Source of the DNA: Macrostomum lignano
Lineage: Eukaryota
NCBI GenBank assembly: GCA_002269645.1
Contig: NIVC01001641.1
Coordinates: 62,001 to 126,000, forward strand
Direction of reading: 5' to 3'
Length of the DNA stretch: 64,000 bases
The notes beneath the pieces are model-generated. The model did not search any database, had not been told where the DNA came from, and worked only from the letters and a program-made list of their open reading frames with translations. A program made the position numbers and the translations under genes. Of this stretch, positions 15,684-28,619 are shown piece by piece (position 1 is the first letter of the stretch; each line of letters opens with the position of its first letter).

Positions 15684-18590
15684 CAGGGGCGGGCAAACTT
15701 TTTAGAGAGTAGGCCAAATAATACTTTCGTTGAATAGCTGCGGGCCGGAGCTCAATAACGAGGCAACTTTCTTGGTAGATAGAAATACAGTTTAGTTTAT
15801 TTGCTTATCAAGCTTTTAATAGTAGGTTTCATTACAATTAGTGAAATACATGTATCATTGAATATGCAGATATTTGCTTTATATAAAGTTGAATTAACAA
15901 ATGAGAAGTTTAAGTAAAAATGACGTTTTAAAAATTACGTAACTGCTTTTACATCTGATGGCAATAACATCAGCGCTGATGAAAAAGTTATTAGTTACTT
16001 GCTATAGATGATACAGTTGATATTTAATGAAGGAAAATAGTACTAGCAATAGAAAAAAATGGACAATAAAAAGTGACATTGACAGGGAATTATAATAGGA
16101 AAGATACAAAAAGAAATACATTGACAAAATGCTCGAACAATGATGGGCAGTGATAGCATGCCGTTAGAGGAGATATTAGTGACAAATTTTGGTTGACAGA
16201 CATGCCCAATCTACAGTCTGTTAGCAGAAATTCAGTCATTCGAACTTAATGAGATGGGTGGTACTGTCTGCCCTGAAGAAGTGCTTCAAAATCCGGCTTG
16301 ATAGACGAAGTAGACAGCAGAAGGATATCATTAAGATGGCGGTCTGAAATCTGGGAACGAAGGCGAGATTTGATGAAGCTCATTTTGGAAAACAGCTGTT
16401 CGCAGCAATAGGTGCCCCCAAACATGGCCATAATACGTTGAACATGGGCGATGTAGTTTGGAAAGTTGTTGGATGGGAGAACAAGGTCCCAAAAGAAGGC
16501 TAGAGGGGAGGAAGTGCGGAACTTTGCCTTCAGTCCATCGTTGCACTGCAGCTCAACCAACTCCATCTGCAGGGCAGCTGGGGCATCATCCACCAAGCAG
16601 TCAAAGGGAGCAGTGAGGAGCTTGAAGTCCACAGCCAGGTGTCTGACTCCTGCAAAGCGGGAGGCAAACTCCTCCTGCAGAGAAGCCACAACCCCTGCGC
16701 AAGTGACCAGGTCCACGTCATCTGGGGCACAGGCAGCAAGACGAGGAAAGTGCACAAATGGACCAGCAGTCAGCTGAGCCTCCCACAAGCGTAGCTTGAC
16801 CTCGAATGCAGTGATCTCAGCGTGCATGTCCGTCACAAGAATTTCTTGGCCTTGAAGTTTTATATTGAGGGCATTCAGGTGTGCAGTGACATCAGTCAGC
16901 AGGGCCAGGCGAGCAAGCCATTTTGGGTCAGAAAAGCAGTCCGCATGGGGTAGATTCTTCTGGCGCAAAAATGTGACAATCTCCTGCTGTAGGTCATACA
17001 CAAGAAAGCATGGCCCCACGGCTCAGCCAGCGGACTTCGCAGAAGTAGAGCAGGTCTCCATATTGCGTATTCACCTCGTCCACTAGAGTCTGGAACTGGC
17101 GATGGTTGAGGCTGCTAGAGAGGATGGAGTTGACAACTTTCACTACAATCAACATGACATCAGCAAGTTTGGCAGACTTGGCGCACAGGGCCTCCTGATG
17201 AATAATGCAATGCATCTTTTGTATTGGCTGGGTATGGCCGGCAGCCTTACAGTGATGCACTAGGAGTGATGCGGCGCCTTTCCTCTCTCCAGTCATTGCT
17301 GGGGCACCATCGGTCATCACACACACAAGGCGAGAAAGATCAAGTGAGTGCTGCTCAACACACTGAAGCACAGCATCAAAGATGTCCTTGCCAGTGGTGG
17401 TGCCATGCAGTGGGACAAGCTGCAGAAACTCCTCGTGAATCTTGAGGTCAAAAGTGACTCCTCGGATAAAAATGGCCAGCTGGGCTGTATCTTTCATGTC
17501 AGTGCTCTCGTCAAGAGCTAGGGAGAAGGCAACTAGATCAGAGCAGCAGGTCTTCAGCAAGTCGTGCACATTGTCCGACATCTCCTCAATGCGCCGTCGA
17601 ACAGTACGGGATGAGAGGCTCACACTCTCAAAAGCAGAACGCTGTTCTGGACAGACAGAGTTCACCACAGTCACAAGGCACTCCTTGATGAAGTCCCCAT
17701 CCGAGAAAGGCTTCATCCGGCAAGCTAGTAGATGGGAGACCTCATAGCTTGCACGAGTCACCTTGTCGGCCTCAGTAGTCTGCTTGCGGAAGAGCAAAGT
17801 CGTCTTCTGCAGGTTGCCAGACAGCTTTGTGATAGCTTCTTTCTTCTTATCAGCAGGCATTTAAGCATAGGCTGATGTTTGGTGATTAGTTTCCCAGTGG
17901 CGACGCACATCGAATTCTTTAAGGATGGCCACAATCTTAAAACAGATAAGACACTGCACTTGGCCAAAGTGCTCAACAAAAAAGTACTTCTCCTGCCAAT
18001 CAGCTTTAAAGGCCCGACACTCGAGATCTACTTTTCTCTTTTTAGCAGGTTGAGGTGTAGTAGACATGATTAGATAGATAGATGGAAGGCACACTGTGAC
18101 ACTGAGGGAAATTTTATTTTAGGGGAACTTTTAGTTAATAGGCACATAAATAAACAGATTCGGGGAGAGGTGGTCTACCAACAGCAGGCTGCAGCCTGCT
18201 AAACAGTGCAGGGGCCAAATCAACTCTTTTCTCTCTGGATAATATAACAATGTCTAAGGCTTGATAGGAAGACTGCTAGAAAGGGGAAGAGAACTTATGG
18301 ACGTACGCCACGTGCCCAGAGGGACAGACAGCCAAATTGAGCTTAAGGTTGGGCACAGCCCATACCTTCGAATCTTAGAATCTGACAATATACTATATAA
18401 AGGGAGAGGGGAATAAGTATTTGTTTGCTTATTAGAGTCTAGACTCCTTAGTAGAGCCTTAGAATCTGGAAAATCTAGTGCCAGACTTATGCGGGCCGGA
18501 TTTTAATGCAAATGAGAAGCTATGTGGCGGGCCAGAAAATAAAGCCTCGCGGGCCAGATCTGGCCCGCGGGCCGGAGTTTGCCCGCCCTA
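15684..18590 (-). mobile_element. Full-length hAT (Buster/SPIN/Charlie-like) DNA transposon
   Basis: TIRs caggggcgggcaaact / agtttgcccgcccta, degenerate 8-bp TSD tagctaaa / gagctaag, internal transposase gene. Confidence 0.88.
16246..18067 (-). pseudogene. hAT transposase (GTF2IRD2/ZBED5-like) with one nonsense codon and one frameshift
   Basis: MSTTPQPAKKRKVD start; BED-like CLIC..H; LALDESTD, TDGAPAM, HCIIHQEALC, RWLSRG, YCCEQLFS. In-frame TAA at 17861-17863 and a frameshift near 17000-17020. Confidence 0.88.
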
Positions 18591-19782
18591 GAGCTAAGAT
18601 CACGAAGAAAAAAAGAATAAAAAGTAAAAACTAAATAAGGCACAAAAGTAAAAATTCGAAAAAATTCCATAAAAAGTAGAAACTCGTAACATTCTCTAAC
18701 ATATGTATTTGGATGAAAATTCAAATCACTACATTTTCTTAGATTGCATTTTTCATTATTGTCTTTCGTTATTTCGTTATTTTGCAACGTGCTAAGTACC
18801 AAAATAAAAAATGCGACCAATAAAAAATATTTTGCACGCCATAAAAAAATCGCATAATTCCGTTTGACTTAAGAAATACAAGAATTCCATCCTGGTGCTG
18901 TGCGGATAAGCAGAAAATTATTCCCATGATACTGTTGGAATAAGCCAGAAATTATTCCTACGGTACCATGGGGATAAGCACTGCTATCTTTAATATGCTA
19001 GGATCAAATAATTGAAAGCAATTCTAGTATGAGGGGCATAATCCAGGATAGAATTCTTGCTCAGGAATAGGAAAACGCATGCACATATTTTTGGAGCAGC
19101 ACACAAGCGCGCATGCTAGCTGTAAAAATAAATCATAATGTGGATCATGGCCCATGCAAAAAATGAAATTTCTAGTTTTTCAATTCTATGCTGACATAAA
19201 TAAAAAAATTGTTCTCAAAGTACAAAGTAGCTTGAATGCTATAATGTTTTAAATAAAATATTCATTAAAAATTATAAGAGTTTCACAAAACTTTAAAGTA
19301 ACTCTGCTAAAAACTATTATTCTTAGTTTTACTTTTGTTTTAAAATTTTCTGGCATAAAAACAACCTTTTGGACTATGAAAAATAGGAAAACTTAAGTGT
19401 ACATATACCAAATAACCATGTTGAATGCATGTAAAAGTCAAATCCTGTCTATGATTCTGTGGCAAACAGCTTCTTGTGCAAGCACATACATTTGAGCGTG
19501 TATACACCTTTGAGAGTGCATAAGTAGGCTCCTTTTCAATATTCAAATGTGCACAAATTTGACAAGCGTGAACAAAGATGTAACAAATTTTGTACAAGAA
19601 TTCCATCACGGGTATAAATGTAGTTTCCCACATTAAATATTTTCTAGATTTTTCTAGCATCTTTTTTTGCTGGATGTATGGTACCCATGAGTGATAGGCT
19701 CTTTCAGGCTCACAAATTGGATATAGCATTGTTATCAATGCTAAAGACGTTTTGGTGAACTTATGATGTGATACTTAATAAT

Positions 19783-19977
19783 CAGGGGCATAGGGAAAGA
19801 GGGTTAGGGGGTATATATCTCCCCAAAGAGCCTGACCAAAACTTTTTTGTTGCCCTTTATTGCTATACATGCTATTATGTGACTCTGTCATAGCACTTTT
19901 ATCTTGGTGTATCCCCCCATAGAAAATTCATCTTGGTGTATCCCCTCCCCTATAAGAAATTCCTGGCTATGCCCCTG
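19783..19977. mobile_element. hAT MITE, 195 bp
   Basis: 11-bp TIR caggggcatag / ctatgcccctg and perfect 8-bp TSD ttaataat (19775-19782 and 19978-19985). Confidence 0.9.
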
Positions 19978-20599
19978 TTAATAATCTGCAATACTTCTCT
20001 ATAATATGTTAAAAATAATGTATTACAATTTTACAAAAAATAATTTAATATGAGGAACTGCATTTATACTGTGTTAAGATTGTATATTAGTATATACTAG
20101 AACAAAATTTGGACTTCTTTAAGTTTATGTTAATAAAATACTTCCAACTTTCCAATTTTTTAAAACTTTCACCTGACACTTAAAGGATGTTCATAAGGGA
20201 AAATAATAAAAAAAGAAAAAAATTACCTTCAATGATGATGCAACCTTAATTTGTTAATTTTGTTAATCTCTTTATAGTGTCAATTAAAATTCAATAAAAA
20301 TTGTTTTGATTAATATTGTATCTAAAATTAACATTTTTTAGAAATAAAAAGATTAAGTTAATGTATTATGTAAGTGTAAAATTAAGAAGTTCCTAATAAT
20401 TCCTAATAATTCCTAATTCATAATTCCTAATTTATAATTCATAATTCCTAATAATATTAAAAATTATCGAATTTGATGTTGAGTTTTGTTAAAATAAAAA
20501 AATTGCCATGTCACAGTTCCCTTTTTAAAATTTGCTATATCCATGATGCACTGCTATGCTTATCTGTTATCTCCTAGACCATATTTTGATTTATTTATA

Positions 20600-21584
20600 C
20601 AAGGGGTGTCCAAAAAGTAGTCATACTTTCAACTGTAGCTCTCGTTCTACAGCTTCCTGTGATTTAAAATTTTATGAACTGATAGCGGCAAATCTCTTCT
20701 ACAGACTGATTTTTGAATTTTTTAAATTGATACCAGAGAACAAAAGTTTATACCCATGAAAGAACAGTACCTGTATCATAGAGTTACACAAATTATAGGC
20801 TGAGCTTCATGAGATCCATGCCGAGTAAGCTTTGATGAATTGTTGATTTCGGCTTGTCCAACCTGTCAGCAATCTCTCTAATGGTCATTCGGGAGTCCTC
20901 GTCAAGAAGATTCAGAATGGAGTCCGCCAGTACATCAGGTCGATGAACATATGGCCGCCCCGTCCGATGCTGATCTGCCAAGTCAGTCCTTCCCTCGCTG
21001 AACTGCTCCATCCATCAATAAACTGTCATTTTGCTGACCACAGAGGATCCATGCGCAGAGCAAAGTTTTGCGTGAATTTCTGAGGCACTATGGCCAGCAC
21101 CCCAAAGAGTGAAGATAGTACTTTGCTGAGCAACAACTGAGTGCACATCCATGTGTGTTGTCGAGTATGGGCAATGAAATCAATTGCAAAATGCAAGCTC
21201 CTCTGTTTGCAAGTAAAGTAATGAATTTAATGCTTTATTTTTCTGCGCATGATTCTGTCCATAGACAAATTTCAGTCAGTCACAGTGAGCATCATTTTGC
21301 AATTGGGCTTTGGTATTGCTTAAACAAGACATTTATCGATGCCTTCTTAATGAATAAGTGCAGAAGTCGACTATCATAAATTTTGATATAGTTTGTGTAA
21401 CTCTATGGTACAGGCACTGTTACTTTTGTGGGTATAACTTTTGTTCTCTGGTATCAGTTTTAAAAATTCAAAAAGCAGTCTGTAGAAGAGATTTGCTGCT
21501 ATCAGTTCATAAAATTTTAAATCACAGGAAGCTATAGAACGAGAGCTACGGTTAAAAGTATCACTACTTTTTGGACACCCCTCG
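20600..21584 (-). mobile_element. Internally deleted mariner/Tc1 element with ~200-bp TIRs
   Basis: TA|caaggggtgtccaaaaag ... ctttttggacacccctcg|TA. 20600-20797 mirrors 21378-21584. Residual transposase N-terminus at 20793-21152 (GRTDLADQHRTGRP, MTIREIADRLDKPKSTIH) with one stop; the catalytic domain is absent. Confidence 0.88.
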
Positions 21585-22780
21585 TATTTTGCCATTGTTT
21601 TCTATATTAATACTTCTTGCCAAATGATTATATAAGTAATAGTGTTCCGCCACTTCCATTCTCATCTGGCCTGCAACCATATAAGCTAGTGTTCCACTGT
21701 AAGGAGGGTCCATATACCGTAGCCATAGCCATAAACAAAACTATAGCTTATTCCAATTTTCCGTATTCTATAGCTGCAGGGACCCCAATATTACCATATT
21801 CCCGTAGTTCCCATAGCCATAGCTGTAGTTTTAACAAAAAGTCTAGAAAACAAAATATTTTGAATCAATAAGATAACCTGGTGCTTTAACAACTGTAAAT
21901 TAAGTTAGAAAATAAAAGAAGCACTCGATTGCCTTTGTAAGATTATATTTCATCTTTTTTCAGAGCAACAATACTTAATCCTTACTGAAAGTACTAATGC
22001 TAAACTTTTTCATATTAATAAAAATTAGAGTTTGCTAGTGTTTTATTGTACTTTTTTATGTTATTTTAAAAGTTTCTAGTTGATAATACAGTTTACTAAA
22101 AGTAGCTTTGTTTTACTCTACCTGTTTCGTAAGCACCTATTTTACCATACTTGCCATAGGATCCTGTAGCCATAGCTACGGCTACAGCAGAACACTAATA
22201 TAAGCTGTAATGCTATATTGCCTATGGTTACCCAGCAACAGTCAAAAGTTCCACTTGTACAAATCACGCACAGTTAGAGAGAAAACTTCTCAAGTTCACA
22301 TTAATAATGCACAGTAAAAGGCGAATAAAAATATCTTTGCTGGTTGGGCGGAACTCTTGACTTTTGTTGGGTATATATGGCTTTTGAGGTAAAATGAGTT
22401 TGCTGACCCCTGGCTTTGTGTAATTTGTGTTATCTTTATCTCTAGCTCCACTACAGCAGTCAGACAACCCTTGTCCTTAATACTCTTTTTTATTTGGAGC
22501 TGGACTAGAGGCTTTTAAATTTTATGCTCGTAAAGTGCCTTTAAGCGAAACTTAAATTGTTAAAATCTCTTTGGTGTGGTGTGACTAATTGTATATGTAT
22601 ATAGGGATGTCGACCCAGGGGTAGGGGAGTGTTCCCCTGGGAATTGGACTTGAGACCTGGAAAGAAAAAATGTGTAAAGTGCATTCGTAACTTAATTTTT
22701 GCCTTTTAGATAATAAACTGTTTCACATAAAGCTGATTGAAACTATGTTTATACAAGATTTTATTTTTTTCTACCACAAG

Positions 22781-25700
22781 ATTCTGCAAGCGTCACCGGA
22801 AATTTGCAACTGCGCAAGATGCCGCAGAAGCCGAAGGCGCCAACCAGTACCAGGTGGACCCGGCGTCCATTGCAACCGATGACAACGGCCTGTCAGCTGC
22901 TCTGGTCGATGCAGCCACTGGCAAACGGTTGAGCCTTCGACTAGCTCGCGTGGCAACCGTTACTGGGCGAACTTTTCGTCTGAAAATCAACGAATTTGCC
23001 GACGAAGCCAAGAGGCCCAGGTTCGAACCCGCGCCAGGCGACTCGCTGGTTGCCGACGTGGCCGAGGCGCCCGTTGCCATTGACAACAAGCAGCTGGACG
23101 GCAATCTGTACGTGCTCGAAGCCAAGGATGGCGCCAAGAGCGACGCTGCAAAGGTGAGGCGTGTGCGCTTTATGAGCATAGTGCCATAATAATAATTGAT
23201 TACATCTGCCCCAGCTCGGTCAGATGTGCAACCAACAGTCTCAGCTATCAGCCTCCGCATCTGAAGGCTGCATACGGCTGTTCAGTCCAATTACTATCGG
23301 GGTGGGGGTCGCCACACATACCCTCAGTTACCCCAGCTAATACTTGGCACCCGTTTTACAGCTGGGGTGAACTGAAGCAATGCAGAGTTGAGTGTCTTGT
23401 TTAAGGATATAAATGTGTTCCAGTAGGGTCAGGAATCGAACCCCTGACCTTTAAGTCGTGAGTCCGACAAACTAAATCAATCTTAGTTTAAGCGTATCAT
23501 GTTGCAGAATTGCTTACTACTAAGTAAGTAGTGTATAGACGGGCTATTTTGATTGTTCGAATCCCGTCGACCCCCCCCCCTCACAGGCCAAAGCTGTTCT
23601 CCAGCTCAAACCGTTCCGAGTCGACTGCCTACTGAACGATCGCCCCCTGATCAGCGTGAACTCCAAGAGCCGCCTGATGTGGGAGTTCCATCAGCAGAAA
23701 CCCGACGACTCAGCCGACAATTCCGACGGTCTCTACGACGAAGAGTTCAAAGGCCACCGCGATGCCAAGCCGCACGGCTCCTCGTCTGTCGGCATGGACG
23801 TGGCTTTCCCGGGCTTCGAGCACGTGTACGGTATCCCGGAGCACGCGGACAGCCTGGCCCTGCGCAGCACAGCCGGCGGCGAGCCCTACCGGCTGTACAA
23901 CCTGGACGTGTTCGAGTACGAGCTCAACAACCCCATGGCTCTGTACGGCAGCGTGCCGCTGGTGTACGCGCACTCGGCTAACAACACGGCCGGGGCCTTC
24001 TGGCACAACCCGTCCGAGACCTGGGTTGACGTTCAATCGTCCAAGTCTAGCGGCGGCGGCCTGTCCGCTCTGCTGACCAGCTTCGTCAAGTCCGCCTCGC
24101 CGTCCGAGGCCCTGACCGAGACGCACTGGATGAGCGAGTCCGGCGTCATCGACCTGTTCCTGTTGCTAAGCGACACTCCGCTGGGCGCGTTCCGGCAGTA
24201 CGCCAGCCTGACTGGCACCACGCCGCTGCCGCCGATCTTCTCCATCGCTTATCACCAGTGCCGCTGGAATTATAACGATGAGACCGATGTGCTTGAGGTG
24301 AGGCTAATTGACGCACTTGGCGCCAGCACTTCATGTGTTGAACTGTTAGCGGTTCAGTTTAATCGATTTGTTAAAGAGATTTTGATATTTATATACCGTC
24401 GGGACTTTAAATAGACCACACTGATGCTGAATAAACCCGATTAGCGCCTTATCTATAGACCCCATTGACGCCTTATCTATAGACCCCATTGACGCCTTAT
24501 CTATAGACCCCATTGGCGCCTTATCCGACTATTTTTGGTACCTTATCTAAAGACTAAATTGACGCCTAATCTATAGACAATACTGATACCAAAACAGATT
24601 TACCTTCAGACAACAATCAATACCAATATCATGTCTGCCCCTATACCCTTTCCAGGTTGATCGCAATTTCGACGAAAATGACATCCCCTATGACGTCATC
24701 TGGCTAGACATCGAGCACACGGACGGGAAGCGCTATTTCACCTGGGACTCGAACAAGTTCCCCAATCCCCAAGGCATGCTGGACAAGCTCAACGCCAAGG
24801 GCCGTCAGCTGGTGACCGTGGTTGATCCGCATATTAAACGTGACGATAACTGGGCGCTGTACCAGCGGGTTCGCGACGGCGACATCGCCGTGAAGAGTCA
24901 CAAGGATGACGGACTGTACGATGGCTGGTGCTGGCCGGGCTCGTCTGTGTGGCCGGATTTCATTGACCCGGCAGTCAGGAAGTGAGTCAGTCTTTAGACA
25001 TTCTGAGTAATCCCCCCCCCCGAGCCCTTGCCCATCTGAGCAATACCCATTCAGGTTTTTGGCATTCTGAGTAATTCCCCCCGAGCCCTGTCCCATCTGA
25101 GAAATACCCATTCAGATTTTAGACATTCTGAGTAATTCCCCCGAGCCCTTGCCCATCTGAGAAATACCCATTCAGATTTTAGACATTCTGAGTAATTCCC
25201 CCCGAGCCCTTGCCCATCTGAGAAATACCCATTCAGCTTTTAGACATTCTGAGTAATTCCCCGTGAGCCCTTGCCCAACTGAGAAATACCCCTTGAGTAT
25301 ATAGACATTCTGAGAAACCCCCCCGAGCCCTTGCCCATCTGAGCAATACCCATTCAGCTTTTAGGCATTCTGAGTAATCCGCCCGAGCTTTTGCCCATCC
25401 GAGCAATACCCATTCACTTGCACTCGCTTCAACAACAGGTGGTGGGCCAACGAATTCAAGGACTACGTAGCCGCCTACACCTGGAACGACATGGGCGAGC
25501 CGTCCGTGTTCAACGGGCCTGAGGTGACGATGCACAAGGACGCCAAGCATCACAACGGCTGGGAGCACAGGGAGGTGCACAATCTGTACGGTGCGCTCGT
25601 CCACCAGGCCTCCTGGGACGGCCAGCTGGTCAAGTCGCCGCAGCGGCGGCCGTTCGTGCTGACCAGGGCGTTCTTTGCTGGCTCGCAGCGGACTGCGGCT

Positions 25701-26017
25701 GTGTGGACTGGCGACAATGCGGCTAACTGGGATCACCTCAAGGTGCGCCTGCGTGACCTGTCTGCGTGTCTGCCACTGGCTGTCTGCCTGCCTTTTTGTC
25801 TGTTTAGCAGCTGTCTCTGTGTCCCTGTCTGTCTGTTTTCGACACTAATTGAGACAGACAGTCATAACGACAGTCATAATGTGTCTCTCTTTGTGCCTGT
25901 CTTAGCATCTGTCTGTCTGTCTTTCTGTCTCTCTGTCTGTCTGGGTGTCTGTCTGTCTTAGTGTCTGTCTGTCTGTCTGTCTGCCTGCCTGTCTTAATGT
26001 CTGTCTGTCTGCCTCAG

Positions 26018-26056
<39 letters not shown>

Positions 26057-27469
26057 AGTAGCGCCCACTAATTAAGGCCACGCAATTCCTCACCCCTCCT
26101 GCAGGCCTCGGTCCCCATGGTGCTGTCCCTGAGCATCACAGGCATCACATTCTCCGGCGCCGACGTCGGAGGCTTCTTCGGCAACACGGACCCGGAGCTG
26201 CTGGTTCGCTGGTACCAGGCCGGCTCTCTGCAGCCGTTCTTCCGAGCCCACGCCCATCTCGACACCCGCCGACGAGAGCCGTGGCTGTTGGACGCCCAGT
26301 ACAAGGAGGCCATCCGGTCCGCCATCCTGCTGCGCTACACCCTCCTGCCCTACCTGTACACCCAGTTCTACCTGTCAGCCAGGGACGGCCGTCCAGTGAT
26401 GGCGCCCCTGTGGGTGTACTATCCCAAAGACGAGGCCACGTTCAGCATGGACGATCAGCACCTGCTGGGACCGGATCTGCTGTTTAAGCCGGTGACGGAA
26501 GCCGGAGCTACCTCGGTTAGTGCAATACTTTTATATGCGTTTATTATACAAACGTATCAGAATCGCCCCTCAAAGTCAGATCCCCCGTGAGAATCGCCCC
26601 TCAGAGTCAGATCCCCCGTGAGAATCGCCCCCAGAGTCAGATCCCCCGTGAGAATCGCCCCTCAGAGTCAGATCCCCCCGTGAGAATCGCCCCTCAGAGT
26701 CGGATCCCCTGTGAGAATCGCCCCTCAGAGTCGGATCCCCTGTGAGAATCGCCCCTCAGAGTCAGATCCCCCGTGAGAATCGCCCCTCAGTCAGATTCCC
26801 CGTGAGAATCGCCCCTCAATCAGATCCCCCGTGAGAATCGCCCCTCAGTCAGATCCCCCGTAAGAATCGCCCCTCAGACGGCATCTCCATCAATTGCAGC
26901 TGTCAGTCTACCTGCCCAAGGACAGCATCTGGTACCGTCACGACACCTGGGAGGGCTTCGGCGGCGGCCAGACTGTCAGCCTCAGCGTCAGCCTGACGAC
27001 AATGTCGCTCTTCTACCGAGCCGGCGGCATTGTCGCCAGGCGCGACCGGCCTCGCCGCTCCTCCGCCGCAATGCGCCGCGATCCCGTCACCCTCGTGGTC
27101 CTGCTGGGCGGTCGCGACCGCCGCGCCTCCGGCCACCTGTACCTGGACGACGGCTACTCGCTTGAGCACAAGACCAGCTCGGCCTACCTTCACTGCCGCT
27201 TCAACTATGCCGACGGCTCGCTGACGAACACGCTGGTGCACTCCAGCCCGGCCTACGCCGACGCCGACCGGATCAAAGTTGAACGCCTGATCTTTGTGGG
27301 CGTGCGCACCAGGCCGAAGTCTGTCGTGCTGCCCGACGGCGGGGTGGGCGAGTTCACCTACACGGAGCAGTCCCGGCTGCTGGTGATCCGCCGGCCCAAC
27401 CTGCCCGTTGCCAAGGCCTGGACTGTCCGCCTGATGGACGCCTCCGCCAGCGGCCACGACGAACTGTAG
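22781..27469 (+). CDS. GANAB: Neutral alpha-glucosidase AB (ER glucosidase II alpha, GH31); signal-peptide exon not found
   Basis: Exons 22781-23153, 23587-24297, 24656-24981, 25439-25742, 26105-26515, 26900-27469, all GT..AG with consistent phase. Motifs [44 protein letters not shown] and C-terminal HDEL. Confidence 0.95.
23186..23480 (-). mobile_element. tRNA-derived CORE-like SINE (family A) in GANAB intron
   Basis: Diverged reverse complement of the 38012-38320 copy, including the B box and (ATT)n tail. Confidence 0.8.
24990..25420. repeat. ~60-bp intronic minisatellite, ~7 copies
   Basis: Unit ccgagcccttgcccatctgagaaatacccattcagattttagacattctgagtaattccc fills intron 24982-25438. Confidence 0.92.
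26565..26878. repeat. ~27-29-bp intronic minisatellite
   Basis: Unit gtgagaatcgcccctcagagtcagatcccc, ending ~20 nt before the acceptor at 26899. Confidence 0.92.
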
Positions 27470-27574
27470 CCGCTTGCGGCTTGGTGACCCTAAGCGGAAT
27501 TTTAGTTTAGCTATTGGAGCTGTTCTGAGCCATGGCCGCGTGGTAGCTGGCGGTTTGAGACAGTGACTGGCTAT

Positions 27575-27850
27575 CACTCCCAGATCCTCAGTTGCTGGGC
27601 CAGCTTCCCAGAGTGTCAGTTGCTGTGCCAGCCCTTCAAATACTCAGTTGCTGGGCGAGCCTCCCAGATCCTCAGTTGCTGGGCCAGCCTCCCAGATCCT
27701 CAGTTGCTGGGCCAGCCTCCCAGATCCTCAGTTGCTGGGCCAGCCTCCCAGATCCTCAGTTGCTGGGCCAGCCTCCCAGATCCCCAGTTGCTGGGCCAGC
27801 CTCCCAGATCCTCAGTTGCTGGGCCAGCCTCCCAGATCCCCAGTTGCTAT
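27575..27850. repeat. 28-bp minisatellite 3' of GANAB
   Basis: Unit cctcccagatcctcagttgctgggccag. Confidence 0.9.
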
Positions 27851-28619
27851 GTGACTATGGGATCAATCGACAATTTGCTTACTAATCATTCAGGCCAATG
27901 GCAATGCAGCGCTAATATTTACTAAACATTTCACATTTGGCTTAACTTTATGTTTAATGTTTAGCCTCACTGCTAGTTATTTTAAGCGGCTTAAGAAATT
28001 GCTCTGACCACTGTTGCAGGTACTTTCTATCCTACAAAACTGATCTAGTTTTTTACTATCCAAAAATGTAGAACTTTGCTTCTGTGCACTCCTGGCTCTC
28101 TATCTATGAAATATGAAGTTTTTTAAAGCCGAATGTTTTTCCGTAATTTGTTTCATATCTAAGTTATTTACTGTTTATGATTAATTCTGCTTAAATTCTT
28201 ATATTAGGTCGAATTCGCGCTAGTTTTGCTTTCTATAACCGCTTCTGTGTTTCTTGTGTCTCTGTGCACTTTCTTGAAGTGTTTTTCGCCGCTGTTAAAT
28301 GATCTTTTAGTCACAATCAAATTTCATAGCCTGTCTGTCATCAGCCCCCCTCCCAAGATATTTAACTTAGTAATCCTTTTGTACCGGACATAAGGTTAAA
28401 GACCGTCTCGTGCCAACTTTGAAATTTAATTAATCAGTGCGCACACCAACAAGTGCCCAGTTCTGTCTGTGACACACTTTCTCATTTCTCTAGCAATTGC
28501 TCCTGGTGGACTGTTTACACTCATAACTTTGTGAGTTTTCCTTCAAGTTGTGCAATATCTTCACTGGGTTAATAGTATAGTTGTATTTTTTCCTTTTTCT
28601 TTTTGTCTGAGAATAGTAA

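Larger units (their letters stand above)
14816..18983. mobile_element. Non-autonomous TIR element (~88-bp TIRs, CAGTG..CACTG) hosting two nested insertions
   Basis: 14816-~14903 is the reverse complement of ~18896-18983 (cagtgtttattcccacggtactgtaggaataatttctg...). No clear TSD remains. Confidence 0.75.

Noticed and set aside
20505-20530. gtcacagttccctttttaa resembling a Kolobok right end
   Set aside because: No matching left end was found.
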